Part shown: positions 9,596 to 18,657 of the stretch, in pieces
Layout: each line of letters starts with the position of its first letter
Position numbering within the stretch: position 1 is the first letter of the stretch
Virus record (IMG/VR): IMGVR_UViG_3300012231_000020
Location: 1 to 41,521 of that record
Direction: 5' to 3' (one strand)
Length of the DNA stretch: 41,521 nucleotides
DNA from: a virus
Lineage: Duplodnaviria; Caudoviricetes
Notes under the pieces: model-generated
Told to the model about the DNA's origin: nothing
Seen by the model: only the letters and a program-made list of their open reading frames with translations
The model's database searches: none
Translations under genes and position numbers: made by a program

Positions 9596-10567
9596 TTAAG
9601 AACCGTAATCGGTCGTCAAAATGTCGCTTTCGTACCCGATGACGTTGATCGGATCAGCCGCGAGCACCGCTGGCGCTGCGAGTTGGATCGTGTCACCGTC
9701 CTCAAATACATCGGGACCGGTTAAGACAATAATCCATCCTTTCGCGTCGTCGTCAGCCGTGACGCTGGCGATCGCTTTCGCTGCTCCGGCGCTGTCTTTG
9801 ACGATCCAGGCCGCTGCTTGAGCGAGCTCGACCTTATACAGGTCATAAACGTCGGTACTCCCGCAGTCAGTCTCAGCCGTGACCGTGACCTCGTCCTCGC
9901 CCTCTGCGCCCTCATCGAAGAAAGAGAGCTTAATATCTTCGAGGCCGGCCAGATCTGCGAGCAGATACGACTCGACCGCGACTTTCTTAAAGGCGATATT
10001 CTCATTGATATAGATCGGGTCAAAACTAAACTCGGTCGTATAGTTCGTGACGTTAGTACCGTCACTCGGACGCCAGGGCCGAGTATAGATATCGCTCATC
10101 GGTATACCGGCGAGGCCCCAATTTCCGTCAGCGTCGAGCTTAGACGTACCGATCAAGGTATTCTGGATCTCAATGAAGATCACCGCGTACTTACCGATCA
10201 GGCCGTTAAAGGTCCTCAGCGCGTTGCTAAGGTTAAGCCCCCCGTTGATAAACTGGAAAGCCCAGTTGTATTTACCCTCGCGTACTGTCTTAACAGTACC
10301 GTACCCGAAAGTCTGACGAGTTGGCTCCTCGGTATTATCCGTGATCGCCTCGAAGGGCTGAAAAGGAAAGATACGAGAGGCCTTTGCTGCCATCGTCGCA
10401 GCGGCTAAGGTCGCGGCGATCGTCGCGTCAAGCAACTCAGCCGAGGTAAAGACCTTACCCTTTGGGACGAATATCGCCCCCGTTATGAGCTTAGGGTCAA
10501 AGAAACACTCGCAAATGCCAGTATTTTTGACGTCAGCCCCGCAGAAAATTTTATTTAAACCTTCCAT
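9596..10567 (-). CDS. Major tail (tube) protein
   Basis: 323 aa, acidic, follows the head-tail genes and precedes a strong terminator; possible C-terminal beta-sandwich extension. Confidence 0.7.
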   Translation of the reverse strand: MEGLNKIFCGADVKNTGICECFFDPKLITGAIFVPKGKVFTSAELLDATIAATLAAATMAAKASRIFPFQPFEAITDNTEEPTRQTFGYGTVKTVREGKYNWAFQFINGGLNLSNALRTFNGLIGKYAVIFIEIQNTLIGTSKLDADGNWGLAGIPMSDIYTRPWRPSDGTNVTNYTTEFSFDPIYINENIAFKKVAVESYLLADLAGLEDIKLSFFDEGAEGEDEVTVTAETDCGSTDVYDLYKVELAQAAAWIVKDSAGAAKAIASVTADDDAKGWIIVLTGPDVFEDGDTIQLAAPAVLAADPINVIGYESDILTTDYGS

Positions 10568-10569
10568 TT

Positions 10570-11142
10570 TTAAATTTGTTGCGCGAAAATTTCGCAGTTA
10601 TTAAAATACGTTTTAAGCTGTAAGCCGTCAATCTCGATACCGTCAAGTATCTCGTCGAATATGTACCCCCCGTCTTTATTAGTCGCACCGTAAAGGCCAG
10701 GATCGCCCCAGTGAGGCCGATCGATCCGATTGTGAGGGAAAGGCCCGTACTGCATAAAAAACCCTGAGAGCTTGAGCTGTCGCATAAACTCGTCATATAT
10801 CGGCACGAGTATCGGCTCAAAGACATTCGTCTCACGCTGCTCTCTTGTCACGTCCTTACGGCTAAAGTGCAAGATGATGAGCCGCAGCTCGACGGTACCA
10901 AAGAGCCCGAGGGTCCGATTAACGACGCGAAAGTCCTCGAAAAGGCAAATTAACGGATACCGGTTAGGCTTGTCGGTCTTACCTTTTTGCAAAAGCCTTT
11001 CCTTAATGTCGTTATAGTGCCCGTATAGGTAATGAATGCCGGTGATCATCGGGTCCTCGTCGATCAGGTCAAAGAGGAGCGCGTCGCTCGTCTTTTGTAC
11101 GACCTGCCCGATTAACTGCCCTATCCTTACCGGCTCTTTCAT
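10570..11142 (-). CDS. Putative tail terminator/head-tail joining protein
   Basis: YPLICL motif; position just upstream of the major tail gene. Confidence 0.5.
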   Translation of the reverse strand: MKEPVRIGQLIGQVVQKTSDALLFDLIDEDPMITGIHYLYGHYNDIKERLLQKGKTDKPNRYPLICLFEDFRVVNRTLGLFGTVELRLIILHFSRKDVTREQRETNVFEPILVPIYDEFMRQLKLSGFFMQYGPFPHNRIDRPHWGDPGLYGATNKDGGYIFDEILDGIEIDGLQLKTYFNNCEIFAQQI

Positions 11143-11735
11143 AGTCCCAGCGAGTTTTTCTTTTTAAACAATTCGGCGCAAGAGTTAAGCCTCTCGCCTT
11201 TGCAGCCGCAGAGGTGCCACGAGTCGCCGTACTGCCCGCAGTCTTTCCACTCAGGGTAAAGAGCTTTATTAACTTTCAAAAAGCGATAAAGATCGACGTT
11301 AAGATCAATCATCCTGTTCCAAGCGTATACGAGGCGATCGGTCGCGCTGACGGTCCTGTTGTTGTCGGTCTTGCTTGAGACATTACCGACGAGTACAAAA
11401 TCCGTGATACGCTCATCGACGTACTTATAAAAAACATAGTACGCGATCGGGCTGATCTTGAGGCCGGTCACGGGCGCGAGCCCCGACCAGCGATAAAGAC
11501 AGCCCTCCCAAGTATACTCAGCGCCGTCGATCAAATCGACCCAGCGCTGCTCATCCGGTAAGCCCGACCCCTCGGTCGCCTCGTTAAAGACTTTCACCAG
11601 ACTGTACCCGAGGACACAATTAAGATATTCCGGCTCGTACTGTTCAATATAAGCCAAAACGTCCGCAAGGCCCTCGGAGTTTCCGGTCTGAGGTAAATTA
11701 AGACGATTGAAAAAGTATGTCTCGTCGATCAGCAT
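11139..11735 (-). CDS. Putative head-tail adaptor protein
   Basis: 198 aa, helical (IAYYVFYKYV), downstream of the capsid gene. Confidence 0.55.
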   Translation of the reverse strand: MLIDETYFFNRLNLPQTGNSEGLADVLAYIEQYEPEYLNCVLGYSLVKVFNEATEGSGLPDEQRWVDLIDGAEYTWEGCLYRWSGLAPVTGLKISPIAYYVFYKYVDERITDFVLVGNVSSKTDNNRTVSATDRLVYAWNRMIDLNVDLYRFLKVNKALYPEWKDCGQYGDSWHLCGCKGERLNSCAELFKKKNSLGL

Positions 11736-11736
11736 T

Positions 11737-11994
11737 TTATTTTGCTTTTGTCGCTTTCTTTAAATTGTCAGCCCTTTGCGCTTTCAGTCGCCTCACCGCA
11801 GGATCAGGGTCGTACTTTGCGACGTCGATCTTTGCGCCTTTCGCCTGCAGTTGTGCTGCGAGAGTTGCGTGCATCGCGTGTTTAGTGCCCTTTTTATAGA
11901 TCGGGTTAGCCTTTTCGGCTGTGCCGGCCTTACTGAAATAATCCTCCTTAAAGGTGACAATTCGAGCGTTTCTTTCTTTGTTACTTGTTGCCAT
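11737..11994 (-). CDS. Hypothetical basic protein (head module)
   Basis: 85-aa Lys/Ala-rich ORF that fills the gap after the capsid gene. Confidence 0.6.
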   Translation of the reverse strand: MATSNKERNARIVTFKEDYFSKAGTAEKANPIYKKGTKHAMHATLAAQLQAKGAKIDVAKYDPDPAVRRLKAQRADNLKKATKAK

Positions 11995-12039
11995 ATACTT
12001 GATTTTAAAAATTGACGGTATGAAATTGACCGAGCTTTT

Positions 12040-13530
12040 TTAAGCCTCGATACCGGCTTTGATATTTGCCCAGGTATCGTAAAGCACGCTATTTTCACGG
12101 TGCTCAGCGATAAAGGACAAAAATCTTTGATACCCTCTGAAGCTCGTGCGATCGTGACGAAAATCATCCTCGTTAAGACCGCGCTCGAAGATCATCGGAC
12201 CGTAAGCGTAAATCTTAAAGCCGAGATCTTTACCGACGATCAAAACGTGAGTGCTCGGTACGTCCTCCTGGTCAACGGGCACGATCAGCACACCAGCGAT
12301 AAAGAGCTGGTTAAGCACGTTCGTATACACCAGATTATTATTCTGATACCTCGCCTCGCTGTCTTTCAAGTGCTGTATCCGATACCAAACATCAGAGCTC
12401 ACGAAAGCGATCGCAGCCTCCTCGCGCAAGTACCTCATTGAGGCAAAAGCAGCGATAAGCTGGTCGATATAGTTGGTCGTGTTAGCGGTAAAAACGTTAT
12501 TGTACCCAGGGCTCGGAGTAAACAAAATTGCGTTTTGTTTCAGACCGAGAGGCGCGTCAGGGTTCACGGCTGGGTTGTTGTTCAAAAGCCCGTCGTTAAT
12601 TTCCTCTCTCATCTCATCCATAAAATCTTCGCGTACCCAGCGCTCAAGGCTTGCGACGTCCTGCAAAAGACAGTCCTCGACCGTTCCAAAGATCGCGACT
12701 TTCTTAGCATCAACGCGGCCAGTCGTAACACGGAAAGAGCGCTTAGGCTTTTCGGCTCCGCAAGTAATCCACTCAGCACCGCCAGAGTCACCGCTCGAGC
12801 TGCCTGCGTCGTCACCGTCCTCGACCTTGATCAGGTATACCAGAGTCGGCACGTTGATCGTCCTGATATCGAAATAGTCAAGGATAATATTGGTCTTTCT
12901 GCGGCGCTGGTAAAGCTCAGGATCGATAAAGCGGCCAGTAAAAGCCGTGCTATCGGTATCAGCCCCGCCCTCGTAAAAGGTCGCGGTACTGAAATTCTCA
13001 GCGGCTTTATTTGTCGCGATCTCGATCTGCGCGTCGACTTTGGTCTTTGTTTTACCGTCCTCGCCGAAAGTTACCTTAATAAATTCGCGAATATCTTTTT
13101 CAGATACCAGGCGCTTTTTCTTACCGGCTCCTGCATCGCTGGCCTCTTTGTCCTGCGCTGCCTTTTCCTGGATCTCGATAAGCTGCTTGTGAATTGACTC
13201 ATTCGCCTTATTGATCGCTGTGATCGCGTCGCTGATCTTGTCAGCCTCCATCTTGCCGATATTGCTCTGCAGGTCGGTAAGCTGCTTTTTCAAAGCCTCA
13301 AACTCCTCTTTATTCGCTTTTTCTCCAAGCATCGACTGAAAGCCCTCGACTTGTTTGCCGATCGCTGCGATCGCCTCGGCCTCGCTCAGGTCCTCGTCTT
13401 TGGTGGCTGTGCCCCCGTCAGACTTATACGCGACATTCGCGCGAGAGATACCGAGCTGCATCCTGCGGGACGTAATCGTCGGTGCATATCTTACCGGCTG
13501 CGCAGGTAGTTTAAAAAAATTTTTTTTCAT
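12040..13530 (-). CDS. Major capsid protein (HK97 fold, N-terminal coiled-coil delta domain)
   Basis: Coiled-coil N-terminus, then AEWITCGAEKP, KKVAIF, LKDSEARY and DDFRHDRTSFRG motifs; follows portal and protease. Confidence 0.9.
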   Translation of the reverse strand: MKKNFFKLPAQPVRYAPTITSRRMQLGISRANVAYKSDGGTATKDEDLSEAEAIAAIGKQVEGFQSMLGEKANKEEFEALKKQLTDLQSNIGKMEADKISDAITAINKANESIHKQLIEIQEKAAQDKEASDAGAGKKKRLVSEKDIREFIKVTFGEDGKTKTKVDAQIEIATNKAAENFSTATFYEGGADTDSTAFTGRFIDPELYQRRRKTNIILDYFDIRTINVPTLVYLIKVEDGDDAGSSSGDSGGAEWITCGAEKPKRSFRVTTGRVDAKKVAIFGTVEDCLLQDVASLERWVREDFMDEMREEINDGLLNNNPAVNPDAPLGLKQNAILFTPSPGYNNVFTANTTNYIDQLIAAFASMRYLREEAAIAFVSSDVWYRIQHLKDSEARYQNNNLVYTNVLNQLFIAGVLIVPVDQEDVPSTHVLIVGKDLGFKIYAYGPMIFERGLNEDDFRHDRTSFRGYQRFLSFIAEHRENSVLYDTWANIKAGIEA

Positions 13531-14345
13531 TTTACTTTTTTTGTGAGTGATAATAATTTGTTAAGCTCCGATTTTACGCGGGTGCGATTTGCGGCCCCCG
13601 TTTGAGTGCCCGCAGGCGGCTCAATATGTTTAACCGACTCAGTCGGTGTAATTACATTCGATCCTATCGGGACCGCTGACCCCTCGACGACTTTCGCCTG
13701 AGTGACAGGCCAGAAAAAGCCGGCCTCCTCGACGTCTGCGCGGTTTGCGATCTTGTCAATATATTTATCCCAGAGCGCCTTATACGCTGGGTAATTCTCG
13801 TCGTTAAGGGCGAGGTCGATCGTCACGTACCTCATACCGACCGAGTGATTCTTGACGTGGCCGTCGCGGTACTGCCCAAACATATATTCGTTTCGGCTCT
13901 GCTTGACCCTGCTCTCAAAGACCAGCGCCTCGGTGTATCCATCGCGATTGACTCCGAGAGATTGCCAGGCGATCGACTTTGTAAAGGCCCTCACCTCGTC
14001 CGAGATGATACCCTTAAAGCTCATCGAGTGCTCTTGCAAGAGATACAGGCCTTTGCTCTCAGAGAGTGACTTTTTCCAAAGCCCGTCGACGTGAACGTCG
14101 CCGTGAGAGTCATACCAATAAGTCGTATTAATTACGCTCGTGACGGTGAGCTCGGTCTTATCGGCCAAGAGCGCCCCCGCGTTAGCCTTGACTGCGAGGC
14201 CTTTGTCGTTCTCAACGGTACCAGAGTGAAAGACCGCGTCAGCCTGCTTGAGCTCATATTTTTTCTGAGCGATCAGGCTTTTCTCGTTGTCAGTAAGAAA
14301 CTTAAAAAGCGCTGCGCCCTTTAAGTCGGGTATCTCGAGTCTCAT
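13527..14345 (-). CDS. Prohead maturation protease
   Basis: DSHGDVH, LLQEH and NHSVGM motifs resembling HK97-type proteases; lies between portal and capsid. Confidence 0.75.
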   Translation of the reverse strand: MRLEIPDLKGAALFKFLTDNEKSLIAQKKYELKQADAVFHSGTVENDKGLAVKANAGALLADKTELTVTSVINTTYWYDSHGDVHVDGLWKKSLSESKGLYLLQEHSMSFKGIISDEVRAFTKSIAWQSLGVNRDGYTEALVFESRVKQSRNEYMFGQYRDGHVKNHSVGMRYVTIDLALNDENYPAYKALWDKYIDKIANRADVEEAGFFWPVTQAKVVEGSAVPIGSNVITPTESVKHIEPPAGTQTGAANRTRVKSELNKLLSLTKKVK

Positions 14346-14440
14346 CGTTTTATAATTATTTGACCGGTTAACTTTTTAGCATCTTTCTCGGCCTGTAAGG
14401 CTTTGATCTGCGCCGGCGTTAATGGTTTTTTATCTTTCAT
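14342..14440 (-). CDS. Small basic hypothetical peptide (32 aa)
   Basis: MKDKKPLTPAQIKALQAEKDAKKLTGQIIIKR, with ATGA overlap into the protease gene. Confidence 0.4.
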   Translation of the reverse strand: MKDKKPLTPAQIKALQAEKDAKKLTGQIIIKR

Positions 14441-14496
14441 ATCTCGTCGTATATCCTTACCTCGAAAAAGTGAAAATAAAGCTGGTCGTCAGCATA

Positions 14497-15750
14497 TTAC
14501 TCCTCGTTTACAGGTTCGTTAACTGGCTCCGGCTCCTCGATACTAAAATTCGTATTTAAAAATACATTTATTTCATCGATCGGTACCCCGATTTTCAAAA
14601 GTGACTGCATTATCCTGATCTTTCCCTCCTGTACTTTGACTCTCTCAGCCTCAAAAACTTGGGTAAAGGGAAGGTGGTCCCAGCTAAAACAAATTTTCCA
14701 GCCCCTCTCGGTATACCCCCAGCGCTGCGCAAGCATCGAGCCGAGGGCCTCGCCTGCAGGGTCAAGTGTATACGTAACGTGACCGGCGCGGGCCTTTTCC
14801 TGGTTTTCATAGGTCGAGCTCGTATACAGCTCAAGCACGTCGCGAGGTATGTTATACATCGAGCCGATCAGAAAAAAGTCAGCGAGAAAGGCCTTATCGA
14901 GCTCGAGTACTTTGAGATCGTCGACAAAGCGCTTGATATCGACCAGCGATTTGACCGCGTGTACCTGTTTGGGCCCGTTGGTCTTATCCTCGATATCTTT
15001 TTTCTCATCCTCGCCGAGGATCTTTTTAGTGACGTCGTTAGGGTCCGAAGTACCGGCGACCAAAAATTTGCCGGCATACCTTACGTTGATATTTTTTGAG
15101 TCGAGGCTGGCCTCTGAGTTAGTAATTACTTTATACAGCGCGTCGATACGACTAAAGCCCTTAAACCAATTTCCGGTCCCGTTAGTCAGGTCGGTCGAGA
15201 TCATAAGGTCCTTGAGAGGAAAGCGGAAAGTACTCCCATCCTCGTACCGGTACACGATCTCAGTCTCGAGCAAGCGCTTATACTTAGCCTGCGAGAAAAT
15301 GAGCTTATCCTTTTCTTTATCCATACTTGCCGGCCATTCGATCTTATGGTTTTCGAGCCAGTACATCGGCGAATTTTCTCTTTCGACGACGTCGCTATCC
15401 ATATACAGGTAAGCATTGCCCAGCATCTTATTAAACATATAAGACCAGAGCCAATCGGTATTAGACTGCAGGGGATTAGGCGATTTGAGCCGCTTGAGGG
15501 CGATATCGTCAGGCTGCGCGACTCCTTTTTTGTTGTATACGGTCGGTACGCCCATACTAAAAAGGTCGCATTGTAGAGAAAAAACTTTTAAGAGCGCAGG
15601 ATTTGACAAGATAACGGCGAGCTTTTGCGCCTCCCTGGTATAGTCATTAAATTGAGGAGCCGCGCCCCAGAAATGAAAGGGGTAAAAGCCTGATCTTACA
15701 GCCTCTTTGAGCTGTGAATTAAAGCCGAAAAGATTAGTTAACCAGGACAA
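14497..15750 (-). CDS. Portal protein (HK97-like)
   Basis: PNPLQS...LGNAYLY, GFSRIDAL, YNIPRDVL and STYENQE motifs; TTG start. Confidence 0.9.
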   Translation of the reverse strand: MSWLTNLFGFNSQLKEAVRSGFYPFHFWGAAPQFNDYTREAQKLAVILSNPALLKVFSLQCDLFSMGVPTVYNKKGVAQPDDIALKRLKSPNPLQSNTDWLWSYMFNKMLGNAYLYMDSDVVERENSPMYWLENHKIEWPASMDKEKDKLIFSQAKYKRLLETEIVYRYEDGSTFRFPLKDLMISTDLTNGTGNWFKGFSRIDALYKVITNSEASLDSKNINVRYAGKFLVAGTSDPNDVTKKILGEDEKKDIEDKTNGPKQVHAVKSLVDIKRFVDDLKVLELDKAFLADFFLIGSMYNIPRDVLELYTSSTYENQEKARAGHVTYTLDPAGEALGSMLAQRWGYTERGWKICFSWDHLPFTQVFEAERVKVQEGKIRIMQSLLKIGVPIDEINVFLNTNFSIEEPEPVNEPVNEE

Positions 15751-15798
15751 ATACGATGATTTGTGTACGAATATAGTATGTTTTTCGTACCAAACAAC

Positions 15799-15818
15799 AA
15801 AAAAGCCCCTCTCGGGGC
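15799..15818 (-). terminator. Intrinsic terminator closing the moron cassette
   Basis: GCCCC-GAGA-GGGGC followed by UUUUUU on the minus strand. Confidence 0.75.
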
Positions 15819-15841
15819 CCTTAGATTGCTCGCCTGAAAAA

Positions 15842-16069
15842 TTATTTTACAGTATAAAAAATCGTGATCGAGTCATTTATCACTCGGGGCAAAGGTACTG
15901 GCCGCTCGTAAATAAAGCCGCAGTTATACCCTGTCGTCGTATCGCTGGTCGATACCCCGCTCGACGAGTTGACCGTCGTCGCGATCAGGGTCCTGCAGCC
16001 CGCGCTCGTGTCTTTCTTACTGCACGAGGCCAGGGCCGCGACGAGGATAATAAAAAATATCTTTTTCAT
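15842..16069 (-). CDS. Small lipoprotein (possible superinfection exclusion)
   Basis: MKKIFFIILVAALAS|CSKKD is a lipobox followed by the K/D-rich motif typical of Bacteroidota lipoproteins. Confidence 0.7.
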   Translation of the reverse strand: MKKIFFIILVAALASCSKKDTSAGCRTLIATTVNSSSGVSTSDTTTGYNCGFIYERPVPLPRVINDSITIFYTVK

Positions 16070-16136
16070 AATAGGTTTTTGCCGCCAAAGCCCGCGCCGA
16101 TTAGGGCTGCGGGCCGACCGTCCAAAAGTTAATATT

Positions 16137-16319
16137 TTAAAACTTGTACCGGCTGATCGTATCGGTGATATCGTACCAGCCGATAATACCCTTTGTATAG
16201 TACCGCCCGTCGGTCTGAGACTGCCAAACGCGAGTACTTAACTGGGTCCTGATTTCAAGACGATATTCGCCAGTCATTAAATTTTTAAAGAGGATCGTCT
16301 CGGTGTTTTGAGTTGTCAT
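16137..16319 (-). CDS. Hypothetical protein (moron)
   Basis: 60 aa, with its own promoter/operator at 16340-16370. Confidence 0.6.
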   Translation of the reverse strand: MTTQNTETILFKNLMTGEYRLEIRTQLSTRVWQSQTDGRYYTKGIIGWYDITDTISRYKF

Positions 16320-16339
16320 AATTTGCTGCTTTTGTTATA

Positions 16340-16370
16340 CGAAGATAGGTAACGAAAGCGTTACCGCAAG
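16340..16370 (-). promoter_or_regulatory. Bacteroidota-type promoter with GTAAC-N6-GTTAC operator
   Basis: Minus strand CTTG-N19-TATCTTCG; palindrome GGTAACgaaagcGTTACC at 16348-16365. Confidence 0.7.
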
Positions 16371-16393
16371 AGTAAAAGTACTCAATCTTAAAA

Positions 16394-17809
16394 TTATTTT
16401 CTCCTGATCACGCCCTGCGAGTGCAAATAAGTCGCGACGTACCGTATACCGTCGATATGGTGATTATCAAAATCCTCCGGCTCCTCAAGTACGACCCCGT
16501 ACCGGTCGACCTTACGGCTGTAATTCTCCTGCTCATGCTTAACGTTGACCGACGTATCGGTATAAAATACCTGCAGATCGTTGAGCAGGCTGACCCCGTC
16601 GATGATCGAGCCCTGCCCCTTAGTGACCCCGATCGCGTAGTCCCAGCCAGCCCCGCGTAAGGCGAGTATCTTCATTTTTCTATTGCTATCGCAGATAATC
16701 TCGCGGTCGTAAGGTATACCCAGCTTATTAAAAAACCACGTCACGAGCCCCTCGTCCTCGCTCGAGAGCTGGGCCCGCTCGGTATCGTTGAGCCTTTCCC
16801 TGATCTCGTTCTCACTCGAATAGTTCCTTTCGTTAACGTAGAGTGCCCCGTCGTAGTACTTGACGTCGCTGATCGCCCAAGGGTCAACGACCCCCCAGTC
16901 GACTGCGCTGTAAATAGGGGCCTCGATCGCGTTATACTCCTGCATCGAGATCTCAGTCCACTTTAATATCCGGTTAGGCTTTTCAGCCCGCTCACCGAGC
17001 CCGTATACCGACCAATTATACTCTGAGGCGCTGCGCTTATACTCATTGATCTGGCAGCGCTGCAGCTCTCGCAGGGGCTTAGCCTGTATCTTGAGAGGGT
17101 TACCGACGATATCGTATATCCTCGCCTTATCCTCCGGTAATATCTTATTTTCTACAATAAAGCAGTTTTTCACCGGCTGATAACTGAGTATTTTGTCACG
17201 CTGGGCCTCTGGGCAAAAAGGATTGTCTTTAAAAGTCGAGGTAATTACCAAGGCCTTTGCATCTTTGGCGAGGTCCTCGATCCAGTGCGCAAGGCGAGGA
17301 TTCCAGTCGATGAGGATGAGCTCAGAGGTCCGCTGGTCGATCTGGTCAAAAATGTCTTTGCTTATCTTATACGGCTCGTTTAGCCAGGCGATATCTTGCG
17401 TCAGGCCGTGAATACTGACAGCGTCGTCGGCCCCGTGTGCTTCGATTGTGCTCTTACTATCATATTTTAGATAAGTCTTTGTCGCGTTAAATTTATTACC
17501 GGCCTGCCAGCGGCCAGTTGTGCTGAGCCTTTTCTCGATATCATTAAAGACCGTATCGACACAGTCGACTTTACTATCGCGCCAGACTGTTACCCTCTTA
17601 TTTTTTTCTTTCCTTGCGTAAAGGTCGAGGCAATCGATCAGGCTGAAAGTCTTTGAGCTGCGGCTCGATCCTTTTAAGACTATGTACTTGTACCGGCGCT
17701 CGCCTGCGCTGGTCTTTTCGTGCATCGCGGCCCAGATCTTACCAAAGACGATCGTCGTCTGCAGGTTTATCTCAGGCCTCCCAAGGGCTTGCGACTGGGT
17801 ATTTTTCAT
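16394..17809 (-). CDS. terL: Terminase large subunit (PBSX-like)
   Basis: Walker A-like GSSRSSKT, Walker B-like WLNE, DWNP, DNPF and nuclease motifs VDWG..DP and DNHHIDGIRY. Confidence 0.93.
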   Translation of the reverse strand: MKNTQSQALGRPEINLQTTIVFGKIWAAMHEKTSAGERRYKYIVLKGSSRSSKTFSLIDCLDLYARKEKNKRVTVWRDSKVDCVDTVFNDIEKRLSTTGRWQAGNKFNATKTYLKYDSKSTIEAHGADDAVSIHGLTQDIAWLNEPYKISKDIFDQIDQRTSELILIDWNPRLAHWIEDLAKDAKALVITSTFKDNPFCPEAQRDKILSYQPVKNCFIVENKILPEDKARIYDIVGNPLKIQAKPLRELQRCQINEYKRSASEYNWSVYGLGERAEKPNRILKWTEISMQEYNAIEAPIYSAVDWGVVDPWAISDVKYYDGALYVNERNYSSENEIRERLNDTERAQLSSEDEGLVTWFFNKLGIPYDREIICDSNRKMKILALRGAGWDYAIGVTKGQGSIIDGVSLLNDLQVFYTDTSVNVKHEQENYSRKVDRYGVVLEEPEDFDNHHIDGIRYVATYLHSQGVIRRK

Positions 17810-18419
17810 ATAAAAAAGTTATTAACGACTTGTTAACCGCGCTATCGTGAGTCGAGAAAAAAGGCCGGCCTTTGACTTGGGCCTCGAGCTCTGCTTTGGT
17901 GTGCTGGCCCCTGATCTTGATATCGCAGAGGTACTGGCCGAGCTTTCGATCTTGGCCGTACGTCGTCTTAATTGGGGTCTGAGCGATCATACCCTCAAAG
18001 GTCTTGATAAAGTGCCGCCTCACGAAGATCATAGGGGTATGTATATCAAAGTTAAGCCAGTCTGGGCCGCAGGCTGAGTACATCGCGCGATAGCTGGCGA
18101 CCGTGTGCCTCTCAGCCATATCGCGACAAGACGTATCGTAATAATCTGGGAGGTCGTAATTAAAGGGCTGATTTGCAAAATAATCGTCGTTTGAGTACAG
18201 AAAGACCTCATCGGGGGCCTGTAGTACTTTAAGCTGCATCGATCTCTCCTTTTCGCCTTTCAGATCTGCCAGAGGTATGTGATCGCCTTTGTACCACTCA
18301 GGCCGGTCGCCGATGAGCAGGGCCCCAGAGATACCGGCAAAGTATTTGAACATCGAGCGCAGGGCAAAGCGGAGCTCGAGCCCCTCGCCTGAAAGCCGGT
18401 AAGGTATCACGACTCTCAT
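17772..18419 (-). CDS. Stealth-like sugar-phosphotransferase/glycosyltransferase
   Basis: ELRFALRS, FLYSNDDYF and HTP motifs resemble Stealth conserved regions. Confidence 0.6.
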   Translation of the reverse strand: MRVVIPYRLSGEGLELRFALRSMFKYFAGISGALLIGDRPEWYKGDHIPLADLKGEKERSMQLKVLQAPDEVFLYSNDDYFANQPFNYDLPDYYDTSCRDMAERHTVASYRAMYSACGPDWLNFDIHTPMIFVRRHFIKTFEGMIAQTPIKTTYGQDRKLGQYLCDIKIRGQHTKAELEAQVKGRPFFSTHDSAVNKSLITFLYEKYPVASPWEA

Positions 18420-18655
18420 AAGCCCGCAGCCGCCTCGCTTACGTTGTTGAGGTCCTCTTTAGCTGCGTCAATACTCGTACTGATCTGCGCAGATAAAGCC
18501 GCCAGACTCTCGAGACTCATATCTTTTAACCTCCTTACGACCTCGAGCTTAAAGGCCCATGTACGGTTACTGAGAGACGTATAAAAAGACTCAGCGACCT
18601 CGTGCGCGATCTTGCGCTCGTCGTCTTTACAGATCATAATATTTTCGTTATCCAT
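18416..18655 (-). CDS. Hypothetical protein
   Basis: 79 aa, tightly packed in the operon with an ATGA overlap. Confidence 0.55.
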   Translation of the reverse strand: MDNENIMICKDDERKIAHEVAESFYTSLSNRTWAFKLEVVRRLKDMSLESLAALSAQISTSIDAAKEDLNNVSEAAAGL

Positions 18656-18657
18656 AC

